Counted from the stretch's first letter, positions 1 through 10,102 are shown. The stretch is 30,586 nucleotides of DNA from a virus (IMGVR_UViG_3300042360_000498:1-30586), one strand, 5' to 3'. A program made the numbers and translations. The notes: a model not told the origin generated them from the sequence alone.

Positions 1-1696
1 TTATTTTTATAGTTGCCGGAACAAAATCAAAATTATCGTATTTCTCGTCATCTTTAAAGTTTTCAAGTAATATATCTTTAAAGTAGTTTAAATTTTCATT
101 TTCTTCACTAGATATTAATCCCTTCATTAAATCAAATATTTCATATGTCATTCCTAATGAAGGATATTTATCATTTGTAATTACACCAATTATTTCAAGT
201 ATAGCAAGCAAATTACCAATAAGGATTTCATAATTCAGAATATTATTTACTGTAATAATTTGGATATCTATTAGTGAACCTAAATCTATTTCGATGTTAT
301 CCAGTTCTTCTCCAAAGAACTGCATTCCTGCAGGATGCAGAAGTTTCTTAACATTTAGAGCATAACTGTCAAATGGTAAAGATGTTCGCAAAACGTAAGA
401 ATAATCTTGATAGTAGAGGGAATCTATAAGATATTTTTTATCACTTAAGAACCCATCTTGATTTATCCAGGCTCCAGAATATTCACAAAACGAACCAGAA
501 ACACTTGTCAAAACTGCATTTCCATCACCTATATTAGAAGCATCTATAACTGGTGCAACGTCATAATTTATTCCAAAATCAATGATATTGATAGATTTTA
601 TTCCACCAATCTTACTACCTTGCGCAACAAGTGAAGCACCACTCCCATTTACAGTATTTACTGTGATATTAGGAAAATCTTTATAGTTAAACCCAGAAGA
701 TAATAATGTTACCCCTGTAATTCCTCCTGCTCCATTAACTTGCGAAATTTTAGCTATTGCAGAAGTGCTACCTAGCACATTTGAAAATATTAAAGATTCC
801 CCTACTGCATAGTTAGAACCTCCATTAATAATTGAAATGGATTCTATAACTCCTTTAGTTATAGAAGAAACAGATGCTCTTGCACCAATTCCAGAAAATG
901 TATTGCCTATAACAGTATCTGCTGTAAATATTACGTTATCTGATTTAATTAATGTTGTGTCCGCATATCTTACATTACTATTTTGATTAACTATATTAAT
1001 TATATCACCAACAGAATATCCAGTTCCCGGGTTATCTATATTAATAACTGACATTACTTCTAAAAGATTAGATTTTTTTAGAGGATCGATTTCAACGAAT
1101 ATTTCTTCTGCTTTTAAAAAATTTCCTTTAATTTCTGTTAAAAATAATTCAATAATCCTAAATGATGATACAAAATAAGAAACGCTGGATTCTACGATTG
1201 CTCTAGCACCAGAAGTAACACCTTGGATATAAAACCCTACAGAATTTAAAAAACTTTCATTCCCTTGATAAAATATTTTTACAGATTTTTGTTTCTTATA
1301 CTTACCATCACTAGCTTTTAATAAATCAACCTTGGGATAATAAAACTTTACTTTTTGATTGTAAAAGAATAGAAAAAATAATCTAAATGCTTCCTCACTC
1401 CCCTTAGAAGTATAAATCATGTATATTAATTTAAGGACTAATCTTTTATCTGCTTGTGGATTTTTAGGAAACCCATTAAGGAATTGATCGTAGTATGAAT
1501 TTATTAAGGAATCATCTACATCATTAATATTTCTACTCATTACTAGAAATTCTAATTGACTAAACGAATTTGTATCAACCCACTCGTAATAACGTTTTAT
1601 AAAGTTGGAAAATTCGCTGTATTGATTACTGATAAAACTTGGGAGTTTATCAGTAATTTTAGAACTTAGCAATGTCGGTGTATTAAAGCTATCCAC
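1..1696 (-). CDS. Baseplate wedge initiator, T4 gp7-like (runs off the left edge; not in ORF track)
   Basis: Hand translation from GTG at 1696: ..KLPSFISNQYSEFSNFIKRYYEW, YTSKGSEEAFRLFF and DSLYYQDYSYVLR..KKLLHPAGMQFFGE, motifs typical of gp7-like wedge proteins; N- and C-terminal motifs are in the same frame; follows gp6. Confidence 0.8.
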   Translation of the reverse strand, partial: MDSFNTPTLLSSKITDKLPSFISNQYSEFSNFIKRYYEWVDTNSFSQLEFLVMSRNINDVDDSLINSYYDQFLNGFPKNPQADKRLVLKLIYMIYTSKGSEEAFRLFFLFFYNQKVKFYYPKVDLLKASDGKYKKQKSVKIFYQGNESFLNSVGFYIQGVTSGARAIVESSVSYFVSSFRIIELFLTEIKGNFLKAEEIFVEIDPLKKSNLLEVMSVINIDNPGTGYSVGDIINIVNQNSNVRYADTTLIKSDNVIFTADTVIGNTFSGIGARASVSSITKGVIESISIINGGSNYAVGESLIFSNVLGSTSAIAKISQVNGAGGITGVTLLSSGFNYKDFPNITVNTVNGSGASLVAQGSKIGGIKSINIIDFGINYDVAPVIDASNIGDGNAVLTSVSGSFCEYSGAWINQDGFLSDKKYLIDSLYYQDYSYVLRTSLPFDSYALNVKKLLHPAGMQFFGEELDNIEIDLGSLIDIQIITVNNILNYEILIGNLLAILEIIGVITNDKYPSLGMTYEIFDLMKGLISSEENENLNYFKDILLENFKDDEKYDNFDFVPATIKI

Positions 1697-1711
1697 ATGA
1701 CTATTTAGCAC

Positions 1712-1819
1712 TTAAAAATGTCGGTTTATACTTTTATTCTTGCAGGAAACTCTTATTGAAATTTCATGAAGCGCAATATATATTATTCCAGAAGTTAAAA
1801 ATATCATAACATTAAACAT
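1712..1819 (-). CDS. Possible 35-aa hydrophobic peptide (MFNVMIFLTSGIIYIALHEI...)
   Basis: Fills the gap between two same-strand genes and overlaps the upstream stop; no other support. Confidence 0.25.
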   Translation of the reverse strand: MFNVMIFLTSGIIYIALHEISIRVSCKNKSINRHF

Positions 1820-2231
1820 TATAACTATCTTGTTCTATATCATATTGTTGTTCGGAATATTGATAAATCCCAACTGTTTCTAGTTCATCTTGGAAATCTT
1901 CAATATCAGCAAAATTCTTTTCTTCAAGTGATGCTGCTATTTCTTCAAACAATTCATATGCTTGTGAAATAGGATTTTCTAAATAAAAATAATATGCTTC
2001 TACTTCATCTGTTACAAATATTTGAAGTTCTGCTTGTGGCATATAATCATTCATATTGATATCTTGAAGTGCAGAATTTATTCCTACACTCATAGCTATT
2101 GTATATCCATCAAAATCACACATATATATTCTTACATCTGTAAGATTAGATATTCCGATAAAATCATAATCGTAGGGGTTATTTTCTAATTCATAAGTTA
2201 TCATTTCTTTATCCGTTAATTTTTTCTTCAA
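1812..2231 (-). CDS. Acidic hypothetical protein
   Basis: 139-aa ORF overlapping the gp6 stop, same strand. Confidence 0.6.
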   Translation of the reverse strand: MKKKLTDKEMITYELENNPYDYDFIGISNLTDVRIYMCDFDGYTIAMSVGINSALQDINMNDYMPQAELQIFVTDEVEAYYFYLENPISQAYELFEEIAASLEEKNFADIEDFQDELETVGIYQYSEQQYDIEQDSYNV

Positions 2232-3954
2232 ATATTAAAATATTTATATCATTATTGATTATTGTTAAAACTTGTTCCCGCACACCTACAATATTCTTAT
2301 TTTGTGGAGTTGATGTAATAGAAATTTGGGTTGATGTTGTAGAAAGTTCTGGGATAGTTATTAAACCAGAAGAATAATTTATAGTCCCGAAAGTGTTGTC
2401 TTTATATAGTTTTTGATTACTCACAATTTCATAGAGTCTCAAATTCCCTAATCCGTCATCATCAATATAATTATTAACCCCCGCTACAAGAAACGGGCTA
2501 GAAACAACAGAATTTACTTGTAATTGATTATTAAAATTTAAAATATAACGATTAAGTATATTAGGAGTTGTATTAATAATTAATTTACATTTCAATGAAG
2601 TTTCGTTAGATACTATAGAATTATCTGATTTATCTATAATGTTCACTAGTGTAGAATATAGGAATTTTTTATCAAACCTTTCTAAGTTTTCGTTAGAAAA
2701 CTGAATGATTTTCTGCTTAACATTATTCACAATAGCATTTGATGATAATGTAGTTTTATTTTTATCATAGTATAATTTTATTTCTGGGATAATATAGAAT
2801 ATTTCGCTATTTACTATTTCTGGAATAACAGTCGTTACATTAGCAGGTTTAAGAATAGTCTTAATTATATTTTCCTTTATGCTATCCGTAATAATAAAAT
2901 TTTCTTTAGGTAGCAATGCTATGAAAACTTTTCCGTATTGTTTAGGGACTGCGTCTTCACCTCCCCAAACTTTAGCGTCATTAATATTCGCATAATCTCG
3001 CAAAAGTAGATTCCTATAATCTTCTGTGGTGATTGCTCTGTTTTGTGTTTGAAATGTTTTAGGAGCAATTCTTTGTATTTTAGTTTTAGATTCTTTTTCA
3101 GAACCACCATTAGACTTTTCTGAAGTAGTGATAGTTATATTAGAATATCCAGATATAGAAGATGTCAACGTAAAAATAGAAATATTATTAGGATTATTTA
3201 AATTACTAACTATATAATCAAATTGAACGATACTTCCTATAGGAGGATTATTTCCTATAATATTATCACCGAAAACTACTTCATACTTACCTCTAGTATT
3301 TTCTTCAATGAAATATATTTTAGAATCGGGGTTTAAATTTTCAGAAGTAACAACTTTTTGATATATCGTAGGATTTAAACTATCTTGACTATCAAAAACT
3401 GTAACAGTAAGAGTAGAAATATCCACATTATCATTTGGAATTTCATAGTATAATTGCTGTTCGCTTACTGTGTATTTAAATGTAAGGACAGTTCCTTCTA
3501 TAATTTCTATATCATTTATTAAAAAATTATTATTCCTTAAAGCTGTGTAGTCTTGTTTCGTATAGAACCTATACGATATATTATCTTTAGAAGATAAAAA
3601 TGCTGTATTTTTAGGAATAAGAATTTGCGAAACTGTATCAGGAATTCCATTAAATTGAATATTTATCTTAGCTCTTGAACATCTTGCAGAACTAGGAATA
3701 TACCCTATAAGTTTTGCGGCAGAAACGATTGAAGAACGCAAGGTTGCGCTGTCCATAAACATTTCGTTCGCAATCATATTTGTGTAAAAACTTTGAAATT
3801 GTGTATTATATGAAAGAACATCTAGAAGAATATTCATAGTAGAACCTTCAAAGTCAAAATCTGAAAGTTCCGATTGATTTTTTAGGAAATTCTTTAAGGA
3901 AGTTTTAATTCCCGTAAAAGAAAGATCTGAAATATTTTTTACTGGTGCTATCAT
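2209..3954 (-). CDS. Baseplate wedge subunit, T4 gp6-like
   Basis: DFDFEGS..NILLDVLSYNT, NEMFMDSATLRSS, FGDNIIG, QNRAITTEDY, VWGGED, YGKVFI. Confidence 0.93.
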   Translation of the reverse strand: MIAPVKNISDLSFTGIKTSLKNFLKNQSELSDFDFEGSTMNILLDVLSYNTQFQSFYTNMIANEMFMDSATLRSSIVSAAKLIGYIPSSARCSRAKINIQFNGIPDTVSQILIPKNTAFLSSKDNISYRFYTKQDYTALRNNNFLINDIEIIEGTVLTFKYTVSEQQLYYEIPNDNVDISTLTVTVFDSQDSLNPTIYQKVVTSENLNPDSKIYFIEENTRGKYEVVFGDNIIGNNPPIGSIVQFDYIVSNLNNPNNISIFTLTSSISGYSNITITTSEKSNGGSEKESKTKIQRIAPKTFQTQNRAITTEDYRNLLLRDYANINDAKVWGGEDAVPKQYGKVFIALLPKENFIITDSIKENIIKTILKPANVTTVIPEIVNSEIFYIIPEIKLYYDKNKTTLSSNAIVNNVKQKIIQFSNENLERFDKKFLYSTLVNIIDKSDNSIVSNETSLKCKLIINTTPNILNRYILNFNNQLQVNSVVSSPFLVAGVNNYIDDDGLGNLRLYEIVSNQKLYKDNTFGTINYSSGLITIPELSTTSTQISITSTPQNKNIVGVREQVLTIINNDINILIFEEKING

Positions 3955-3960
3955 AAAAAC

Positions 3961-3977
3961 TATTTATCATATAAATA
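3961..3977. promoter_or_regulatory. Back-to-back T4-type late promoters (TATAAATA + at 3970-3977; GATAAATA - at 3968-3961)
   Basis: Match to the T4 late consensus TATAAATA directly before both divergent start codons. Confidence 0.7.
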
Positions 3978-3982
3978 ATTGC

Positions 3983-4381
3983 ATGAAAAGTTATAAAGAT
4001 TTTGTTAAAGAAAAAGAAGCTAATGACCCTTGCTGGAAAGGTTATAAACAATTAGGAATGAAGAAAAAGAACGGTAAGAAAGTTCCTAACTGTGTTCCTG
4101 AAGAAGCACTTGAAGAAAGTGAATACGAAGGCAAGAAAATAACTTTAAATAAGCCATTTAGAGTTAATGACAGAAAATCTAAGTTCGCTGTATATGTCAA
4201 AAATGACAACGGAAATGTCGTAAAGGTTCGTTTCGGAGATCCTGAAATGTCTATTAAGAAGGATGACCCAGAAAGAAGAAAAGCATTTAGAGCAAGACAT
4301 AATTGTGATACTGCAACAGATAAAACATCTGCTAAATATTGGTCATGTAGGAGTTGGAGTGATAATGAAGATTGGGTTTAA
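3983..4381 (+). CDS. Basic Cys-containing protein, probable capsid-internal protein
   Basis: N-terminus MKSYKDFVKE resembles the T4 capsid-targeting sequence MKTYQEFIAE; PCWKGY..VPNCVP and FRARHNC..YWSC motifs recalled from T4-like phages; late promoter. Confidence 0.65.
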   Translation: MKSYKDFVKEKEANDPCWKGYKQLGMKKKNGKKVPNCVPEEALEESEYEGKKITLNKPFRVNDRKSKFAVYVKNDNGNVVKVRFGDPEMSIKKDDPERRKAFRARHNCDTATDKTSAKYWSCRSWSDNEDWV

Positions 4382-4737
4382 TCTTTGATAACTAATTTTC
4401 TAAATTCTATAATTTCAAAACATCTAAATATGCTGCCGTATCGAGTTCCTGTTTCTAAATACTTGATATAAGAAACTAATTTGTTTTGAAATGCTTTTTC
4501 TGATTTACTTCTCATAAGTGCATTTAATTTTCTACATTCCATTTTTCCAGAAAGCAAATCAAATATCCAACGCTTATTAGGATATTGTGCTTGTAATTTA
4601 TTCAATATAGAAATAACTTCTTTATATTGTGAGGTTCGTTTGTCTACATCTGATAGTAAAATGTCCATACATTCATTATGTAATTTATCGCCGACACATG
4701 TAGGTTCTTTAATTTTTCTCAACATAACTAAACTCAT
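4378..4737 (-). CDS. Hypothetical early protein (start moved from 4920 to about 4737)
   Basis: The upstream part of the ORF crosses the early promoter and overlaps terminase; first ATG after the promoter is at 4737. Confidence 0.6.
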   Translation of the reverse strand: MSLVMLRKIKEPTCVGDKLHNECMDILLSDVDKRTSQYKEVISILNKLQAQYPNKRWIFDLLSGKMECRKLNALMRSKSEKAFQNKLVSYIKYLETGTRYGSIFRCFEIIEFRKLVIKD

Positions 4738-4749
4738 ATTAAATAACAA

Positions 4750-4810
4750 GGTGATGTTTATCACCGCCTCATATGAATATACTAGCACTTTTAAACTAAC
4801 TTGTAAAGCA
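4750..4810 (-). promoter_or_regulatory. Early promoter + leader hairpin, copy 1
   Basis: TTTACA (4807-4802), 17 bp, TAGTAT (4784-4779), then AGGC-GGTGAT-aaac-ATCACC. Confidence 0.85.
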
Positions 4811-4815
4811 TAAAA

Positions 4816-6465
4816 ATGATTTTTAAGAAAAAAAAGATAGATGATGATTTTGACGATATAGACGAAACCCCAGTCAAAGGATACATGAATAATCCTAGAC
4901 TTAAGAAAGTCGGGGAGCAAATAAAGTGGACTCCTAAAATGCTTGAAGAATTAGATAGATGTTCAAAGGACATTATCTATTTCGCAGAAACATATTTTAA
5001 AATTGTCAATATTGATAGAGGTCTTATTACTATTCCTCTATATGAATATCAAAAACAAATGTTACTACACTATCAAGAATCTAGATATTCACTTTGTCTA
5101 TGTGCAAGACAAATTGGGAAAACGATAGTTTCCACGATATTCGTTTTACATCATGTTCTTTTTAATGATTATAAAACTGTCGCTATTCTTGCAAACAAAG
5201 GAATGACTGCTAGGGAAATCCTTTCTAGAGTTCAATTAGCATACGAAAATCTTCCTAAATGGTTGCAGCAAGGTATTATAACATGGAACAAGGGGTCTTT
5301 CGAATTAGAGAATGGTTCTAAAGTTTTGTGTGCTGCAACTTCTTCAAGTGCGATTCGTGGATTCTCAATTTCTACTCTAATCTTAGATGAGGCTGCATTT
5401 ATTGGTAACTTTGAAGAATTTTATCGTTCTGTATATCATACTATTTCATCTGGTCAAAAATCTAAAATGATGATGATATCTACAGCAAATGGCTTCAATC
5501 ATTTCTATAAATTTGTTGATGACGCTAGGAAAAAGAAATCATCATTCAAGTTATTTGAAGTAACTTGGAGAGATGTTCCAGGAAGAGATGAGAAATGGAA
5601 ACAAGAAACCATTGCCAATACATCTGAAGAAGCATTTTTACAAGAACAAGAAAACATTTTCTTAGGGAGTTCTGGGACTCTTATCAATCACAATAAGATA
5701 GCATCATTGACCTACGAAACTCCAGTTATAATAAAGAACGATATCTATATCTATAAAGAAATTTCTAACGACCCAGAAGCGCAATATGTTATTACTGTTG
5801 ATGTTAGCGAAGGAATTGGTGGTGATTATCATTCAATATCAGTTTTTAGAGTTGACGAGTTACCTTACGAGCAAGTTGCAACTTACAGAAACAATAGAGT
5901 TTCCCCGACAATAGAACTCCCACAAATTATTAATAATTTATCAAAATACTATAATGATGCTTCTATCCTTATCGAAACTAATTTATCACTAGGAAACGAA
6001 ACTGCTAAGATACTATATGAAGAATTAGAAAATGAATTTGTTCTCATGACTTCTGCTAATGGCAAAGCAGGACAAGTTATTTCAGGAGGCTTTGGGAATG
6101 TTGCCAAGTATGGTGTTAAGATGACGAAAGCTGTTAAACGTATAGGATGTTCTAGATTAAAGGACTTAATAGAAGGCGATAAATTAATTATTAAAGACTT
6201 TAACACTATTGCAGAAATATCTACATTCATTAAAAAGAAAGATTCTTATCAAGCGGATGACGGAAATCATGACGATATGGTTATGGGATTAGTAATTTTT
6301 GCATGGATGACTTCACAACAATACTTTCAAGATTCTAACGATGCTTCTTCAAGAAAAAAACTTTACGAAGAACAACTTAGAAGAATTGAAGAAGATTTAC
6401 TCCCAGTAGGGATAATGTCAGATTCGTATATTGACACAAACGAATTTAAAACTTATTGGGATTGA
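4816..6465 (+). CDS. terL: Terminase large subunit, T4 gp17-like
   Basis: Walker A ARQIGKT, Walker B LILDEAAF, nuclease VDVSEGIGGDY and HDDMVM, WNKGSFELENGS. Confidence 0.97.
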   Translation: MIFKKKKIDDDFDDIDETPVKGYMNNPRLKKVGEQIKWTPKMLEELDRCSKDIIYFAETYFKIVNIDRGLITIPLYEYQKQMLLHYQESRYSLCLCARQIGKTIVSTIFVLHHVLFNDYKTVAILANKGMTAREILSRVQLAYENLPKWLQQGIITWNKGSFELENGSKVLCAATSSSAIRGFSISTLILDEAAFIGNFEEFYRSVYHTISSGQKSKMMMISTANGFNHFYKFVDDARKKKSSFKLFEVTWRDVPGRDEKWKQETIANTSEEAFLQEQENIFLGSSGTLINHNKIASLTYETPVIIKNDIYIYKEISNDPEAQYVITVDVSEGIGGDYHSISVFRVDELPYEQVATYRNNRVSPTIELPQIINNLSKYYNDASILIETNLSLGNETAKILYEELENEFVLMTSANGKAGQVISGGFGNVAKYGVKMTKAVKRIGCSRLKDLIEGDKLIIKDFNTIAEISTFIKKKDSYQADDGNHDDMVMGLVIFAWMTSQQYFQDSNDASSRKKLYEEQLRRIEEDLLPVGIMSDSYIDTNEFKTYWD

Positions 6466-6821
6466 AAATAATGCTTAATATTTTTTATTTCTTCAAGATG
6501 TATATTACAATGTTTTATAGAAATACTGTTGTTAGAATATATAAAACTTTGCGATCTCGAAGCCGCACCAGATAATCCAGGAATTTCAATTAAATTTAAT
6601 TTATTGTTAGTTAAATCACTTTTCGTTAAAAACAATATTTTATCTGTAATTTTCATTAAACTATCTTCAATACTTATTTTTATCGGGTTATTAGAAATAT
6701 TGACAAATGCTACATTCCCAACTATAGTTACATTAGAATAATATAAATCATTTTTTGTCCAAATTGTAAGATATTCTAAATCATTAATGGTTTCTAAAGA
6801 ACTCATATAATAATTTTTCAT
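6453..6821 (-). CDS. Hypothetical early protein (start 6821 or 6848)
   Basis: ORF convergent with terminase; AGGGA before ATG 6821; own promoter. Confidence 0.55.
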   Translation of the reverse strand: MKNYYMSSLETINDLEYLTIWTKNDLYYSNVTIVGNVAFVNISNNPIKISIEDSLMKITDKILFLTKSDLTNNKLNLIEIPGLSGAASRSQSFIYSNNSISIKHCNIHLEEIKNIKHYFQSQ

Positions 6822-6854
6822 TTTAATTTTATCCCTAAATATTTTCATTGAAAA

Positions 6855-6883
6855 ATTATAACATAAATAATTCAAAATAACAA
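6855..6883 (-). promoter_or_regulatory. Sigma70-type promoter overlapping a + strand late promoter (CATAAATA 6862-6869)
   Basis: TTGTTA, 17 bp ending TGT, TATAAT. Confidence 0.6.
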
Positions 6884-6900
6884 TATAAAAGAGATATAAA

Positions 6901-7788
6901 ATGACTACAGAAACGTGGAATCAAAAATTCACCTATAACACACCTCCAGTTCTAGGAGCGTTCCTTACTGAAAAGGGATGGGAACTTCCTCTTAAAGGAA
7001 CAGATCCTACAAAGGGACTTACAGAAGTTCTTATTGCATTTGCTGTATCTAATCCACAAACTGTCGCTGGTTCTGCAAATGTAGTTAAGATTGTTCCTCC
7101 TGCTAATGGAGCATATACTACTGGAGCAGTCCTAAGATTTAAAGTTCATTTCAATGAAGCTGTAACAGTTACAGGAACTCCTAGACTAGCACTTACTCTA
7201 ACTTCTGGAACTGTCTATGCTACGTATGTTTCTGGTTCTGGTAAGAATATCTTGAATTTTGATTATACAGTAGGAGCAAACAATATTGACCTAAATGGTT
7301 TAGTAATTGTAGATAATATTGATTTGAATAGCGGGGCAATTATTGATAAAGGAACAAATCCTGCCGTTAATAGTTCATTAACTTTTACTGGAGCAGATAC
7401 AGTAACTTCTGGATTAATTATTGATGCTGTAAATAGAACTATCTCATCTGTAACTCCTCCTGCTAATGGAAACTATGTTACAGCTGCAACTCTTACATTT
7501 ACAGTTAATTATAATCAACCCGTAAATGTTACAGGAACTCCTAGAATTCCTCTATTCGCAAATAATGGGACAACTCCTCTAACAAATGTTGGTGCAAATT
7601 ATGTTTCTGGTTCTGGAACTAGTGCTTTAGTGTTCACATATGTTGTCCCTGCTGGAGCAGTTCCTACCGGAATTAAAGTTGGTGCAGATGTTCTATTAAA
7701 CGGAGGAACAATTACAGCTTCTTCTGGAACTGCCGTTACAGTAACAAATACATTCACTCAAATTTCTACTACAATTACACTAAACTAA
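6901..7788 (+). CDS. Virion surface/decoration-type protein with two Ig-like beta-sandwich repeats
   Basis: Two repeats of PPANG.Y....L.F.V..N..V.VTGTPR..L....A.YVSGSG...L.F.Y.V; T/G/V rich; late promoter. Confidence 0.65.
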   Translation: MTTETWNQKFTYNTPPVLGAFLTEKGWELPLKGTDPTKGLTEVLIAFAVSNPQTVAGSANVVKIVPPANGAYTTGAVLRFKVHFNEAVTVTGTPRLALTLTSGTVYATYVSGSGKNILNFDYTVGANNIDLNGLVIVDNIDLNSGAIIDKGTNPAVNSSLTFTGADTVTSGLIIDAVNRTISSVTPPANGNYVTAATLTFTVNYNQPVNVTGTPRIPLFANNGTTPLTNVGANYVSGSGTSALVFTYVVPAGAVPTGIKVGADVLLNGGTITASSGTAVTVTNTFTQISTTITLN

Positions 7789-7797
7789 TTATAATAT

Positions 7798-7825
7798 TAG
7801 GGAGTGACTTCAAAATTACTCCCTA
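7798..7825. terminator. Hairpin between convergent genes, probable bidirectional terminator
   Basis: TAGGGAGT...ACTCCCTA inverted repeat. Confidence 0.6.
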
Positions 7826-7831
7826 TCTTCA

Positions 7832-8170
7832 TTAATCTATAACTATTAATTCTTTTTCTAGCTCTAATTTTTTAGCTTCTATTTCATCAATTTGATTTTT
7901 CAGTTTAGCAACATCATTATCTAAATTTCTAATTTTTGCTAATAATTTATTATTTTTAATTTCGTTATATTCTTTTTCAATTATTAACACTTTTTCTCTA
8001 TATTTGCTTTTATTACCAATTTCCCTACCAGTTTTCTTATTAAACTTATAAGCTACTTCGTTACTATCATTCCATGTAGCATGAATTTGTGTAGGAGTTT
8101 CTTTAACTAAATTTAAAGTTCTTGCTTCAACACCATAATTTGTATATTCTTTACAAAACACTGTAGACAT
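7832..8170 (-). CDS. Hypothetical early protein, small beta domain + C-terminal coiled coil
   Basis: SD AAGGA, promoter copy 2, heptad-like C-terminus. Confidence 0.75.
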   Translation of the reverse strand: MSTVFCKEYTNYGVEARTLNLVKETPTQIHATWNDSNEVAYKFNKKTGREIGNKSKYREKVLIIEKEYNEIKNNKLLAKIRNLDNDVAKLKNQIDEIEAKKLELEKELIVID

Positions 8171-8203
8171 AATATATTTCCTTATTTTAAAGTTTGATTA
8201 TAA

Positions 8204-8260
8204 AGTGATTATCACTGCCTCATATGAATATATTAGCACCTTTAACTACACTTGTAAAGC
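8204..8260 (-). promoter_or_regulatory. Early promoter + leader hairpin, copy 2
   Basis: TTTACA (8258-8253), 17 bp, TAATAT (8235-8230), AGGC-AGTGAT-a-ATCACT. Confidence 0.85.
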
Positions 8261-8312
8261 ATAAAATTACAAAAAACACTAAATAATTTAAAATTAAACA
8301 TAAGGAATTAAC

Positions 8313-10085
8313 ATGGCTGATTTATTGTCTCCAGGAATACAGATTAAAGAATTTAATAATACATTGTCTACTGCTACACAATCTTCTACTCTTGGTGGGT
8401 TTGCGGGTGCTTTTGTTTGGGGACCAGTTTTAGAACCTAGGCTAGTTTCTAGAGAAAATGAATTGGTTAATATTTTTGGAAAACCAAACGATACTGTATT
8501 TACTTCGTTCTTCACAGCTTCTAACTTTTTAGCATATTCTGGAAATCTTTTTGTAACTAGAGTTGTTGGTTCTGGTGCTACAAATGCTTCTTCAAGATCT
8601 ATTGCAACTTTTAGTGGAAACGCTACCCTAACGACATTTACTGTCCCTTGGACACCTGCTGCAGAAGCTAACATCATAGTAACGGTTGGTGGAAACGTTA
8701 TTGCAGATTCCCTTTACACCCTTACTGGGAATTCACTAGTTTTCAATACTGCTCCGGCGACTGGGACAAACAATATTACAGTTGCAGAAAAACAAGCTAT
8801 ACTTAATGATAATTCTTTTAGCTTATTGACAAACCTCCCATCATCTGTTTATGCTAAATTTCCAGGAACTCTTGGTAATTCTATAACAGTTATTCTTGCA
8901 GATTCTACAACATTTGCTAGTTTAACAACTCAAGAAAAAGCATTGTTTTCGGGAGCTCCAACTGGTCAAGAAGTTCACTTTGCTGTAATTGACACAAACG
9001 GTGCATTTACTGGAGTTGCGGGAACTCTTCTTGAAAGAAAAGAATACCTCTCAAAAACAACAACATCTCTTGCAATCAATGGTGAAACTCAATACTATAA
9101 ATCTTGGATTAATAGGAATTCTAGTTATGTTCGTTCTACTGGGACTCTTACTGATTTTGACGCTGGTAAGAAAACACTCATAGGTGGGATTTCTGATGAC
9201 GCTCCTTCTGCAGGACAATTACAGGCAGGTTTTGGATTATATTTAGAAAAAGAAAAATATGACATTTCAATTATTGTTACAGGAAACGTAAATTCTACAG
9301 TTGCCGCTTGGGTGCTTTCTAATGTTGCTGGAATTCGCAATGATATTGTAGTATGTATTTCTCCAGAATTAAGTGATGTTCTAAATGCTTCTGGTCAAGA
9401 AGCAACAAACATTATAGAATATAGAACAGCACTAGGGAGTTCTTCTTTTGGAATTATGGATAGTGGGTGGAAACTTCAATTAGATATCTATAATGATGTT
9501 GAAAGATGGGTTCCTCTAAATGGTGATATTGGTGGGATTATCGCTGAAAGTGATAGAAATAGTGCTCCATGGATTTCTCCAGCTGGGAGAAATCGTGGTG
9601 GTATTAAAAATGTTATTCGTCTTGCATGGAATCCTACACAAGCGCAGCGTGATGCTATATATTCTGCACAGATAAATCCAGTAATTAGTGAATTTGGAGT
9701 TGGGTCTTATTTATTCGGTGATAAAACACTTTTGACTAGACCTTCTGCTTTTGATAGAATTAATGTAAGACGCTTGTTTATCATTGTTGAAAAAACTATT
9801 GCAGAAACTGCAAAATTCGTTTTGTTTGAACCTAACAATGAATTTACAAGAGCTTCTTTTAGAGGAACAATAAATCCTTATTTGAGAAATATTCAAGGGA
9901 GTGGTGGTATAGAAGGCTTTATTGTTATTTGTGACGAATCAAATAACAACGAGCAAATTAGGACTACTAACCAATTTGTTGCTGATATTAAAATTGCTCC
10001 AACCTATTCTACAAACTTTATCACACTAAACTTTATAGCAACTCGTGATGGAATTTCGTTCAACCAAACAACTACAACTATCTAA
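8313..10085 (+). CDS. Tail sheath protein, T4 gp18-like
   Basis: SPGIQIKE, FVWGP, WISPAGRNRG, FGDKT, FDRINVRRLF, FEPNNEFTR; late promoter ACTAAATA 8278-8285 and SD AAGGA. Confidence 0.97.
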   Translation: MADLLSPGIQIKEFNNTLSTATQSSTLGGFAGAFVWGPVLEPRLVSRENELVNIFGKPNDTVFTSFFTASNFLAYSGNLFVTRVVGSGATNASSRSIATFSGNATLTTFTVPWTPAAEANIIVTVGGNVIADSLYTLTGNSLVFNTAPATGTNNITVAEKQAILNDNSFSLLTNLPSSVYAKFPGTLGNSITVILADSTTFASLTTQEKALFSGAPTGQEVHFAVIDTNGAFTGVAGTLLERKEYLSKTTTSLAINGETQYYKSWINRNSSYVRSTGTLTDFDAGKKTLIGGISDDAPSAGQLQAGFGLYLEKEKYDISIIVTGNVNSTVAAWVLSNVAGIRNDIVVCISPELSDVLNASGQEATNIIEYRTALGSSSFGIMDSGWKLQLDIYNDVERWVPLNGDIGGIIAESDRNSAPWISPAGRNRGGIKNVIRLAWNPTQAQRDAIYSAQINPVISEFGVGSYLFGDKTLLTRPSAFDRINVRRLFIIVEKTIAETAKFVLFEPNNEFTRASFRGTINPYLRNIQGSGGIEGFIVICDESNNNEQIRTTNQFVADIKIAPTYSTNFITLNFIATRDGISFNQTTTTI

Positions 10086-10102
10086 TATAAAGGATTATTG
10101 AA

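Noticed and set aside
4759-4768. TATCACCGCC matches the lambda CI/Cro operator half-site (also in other cassette copies)
   Set aside because: No symmetric second half at operator spacing; copies diverge in ways that preserve a hairpin rather than this sequence
4738-4973. Extended N-terminus of ORF 4378..4920 and ORF 4791..4973
   Set aside because: Overlap terminase antisense and run through the promoter
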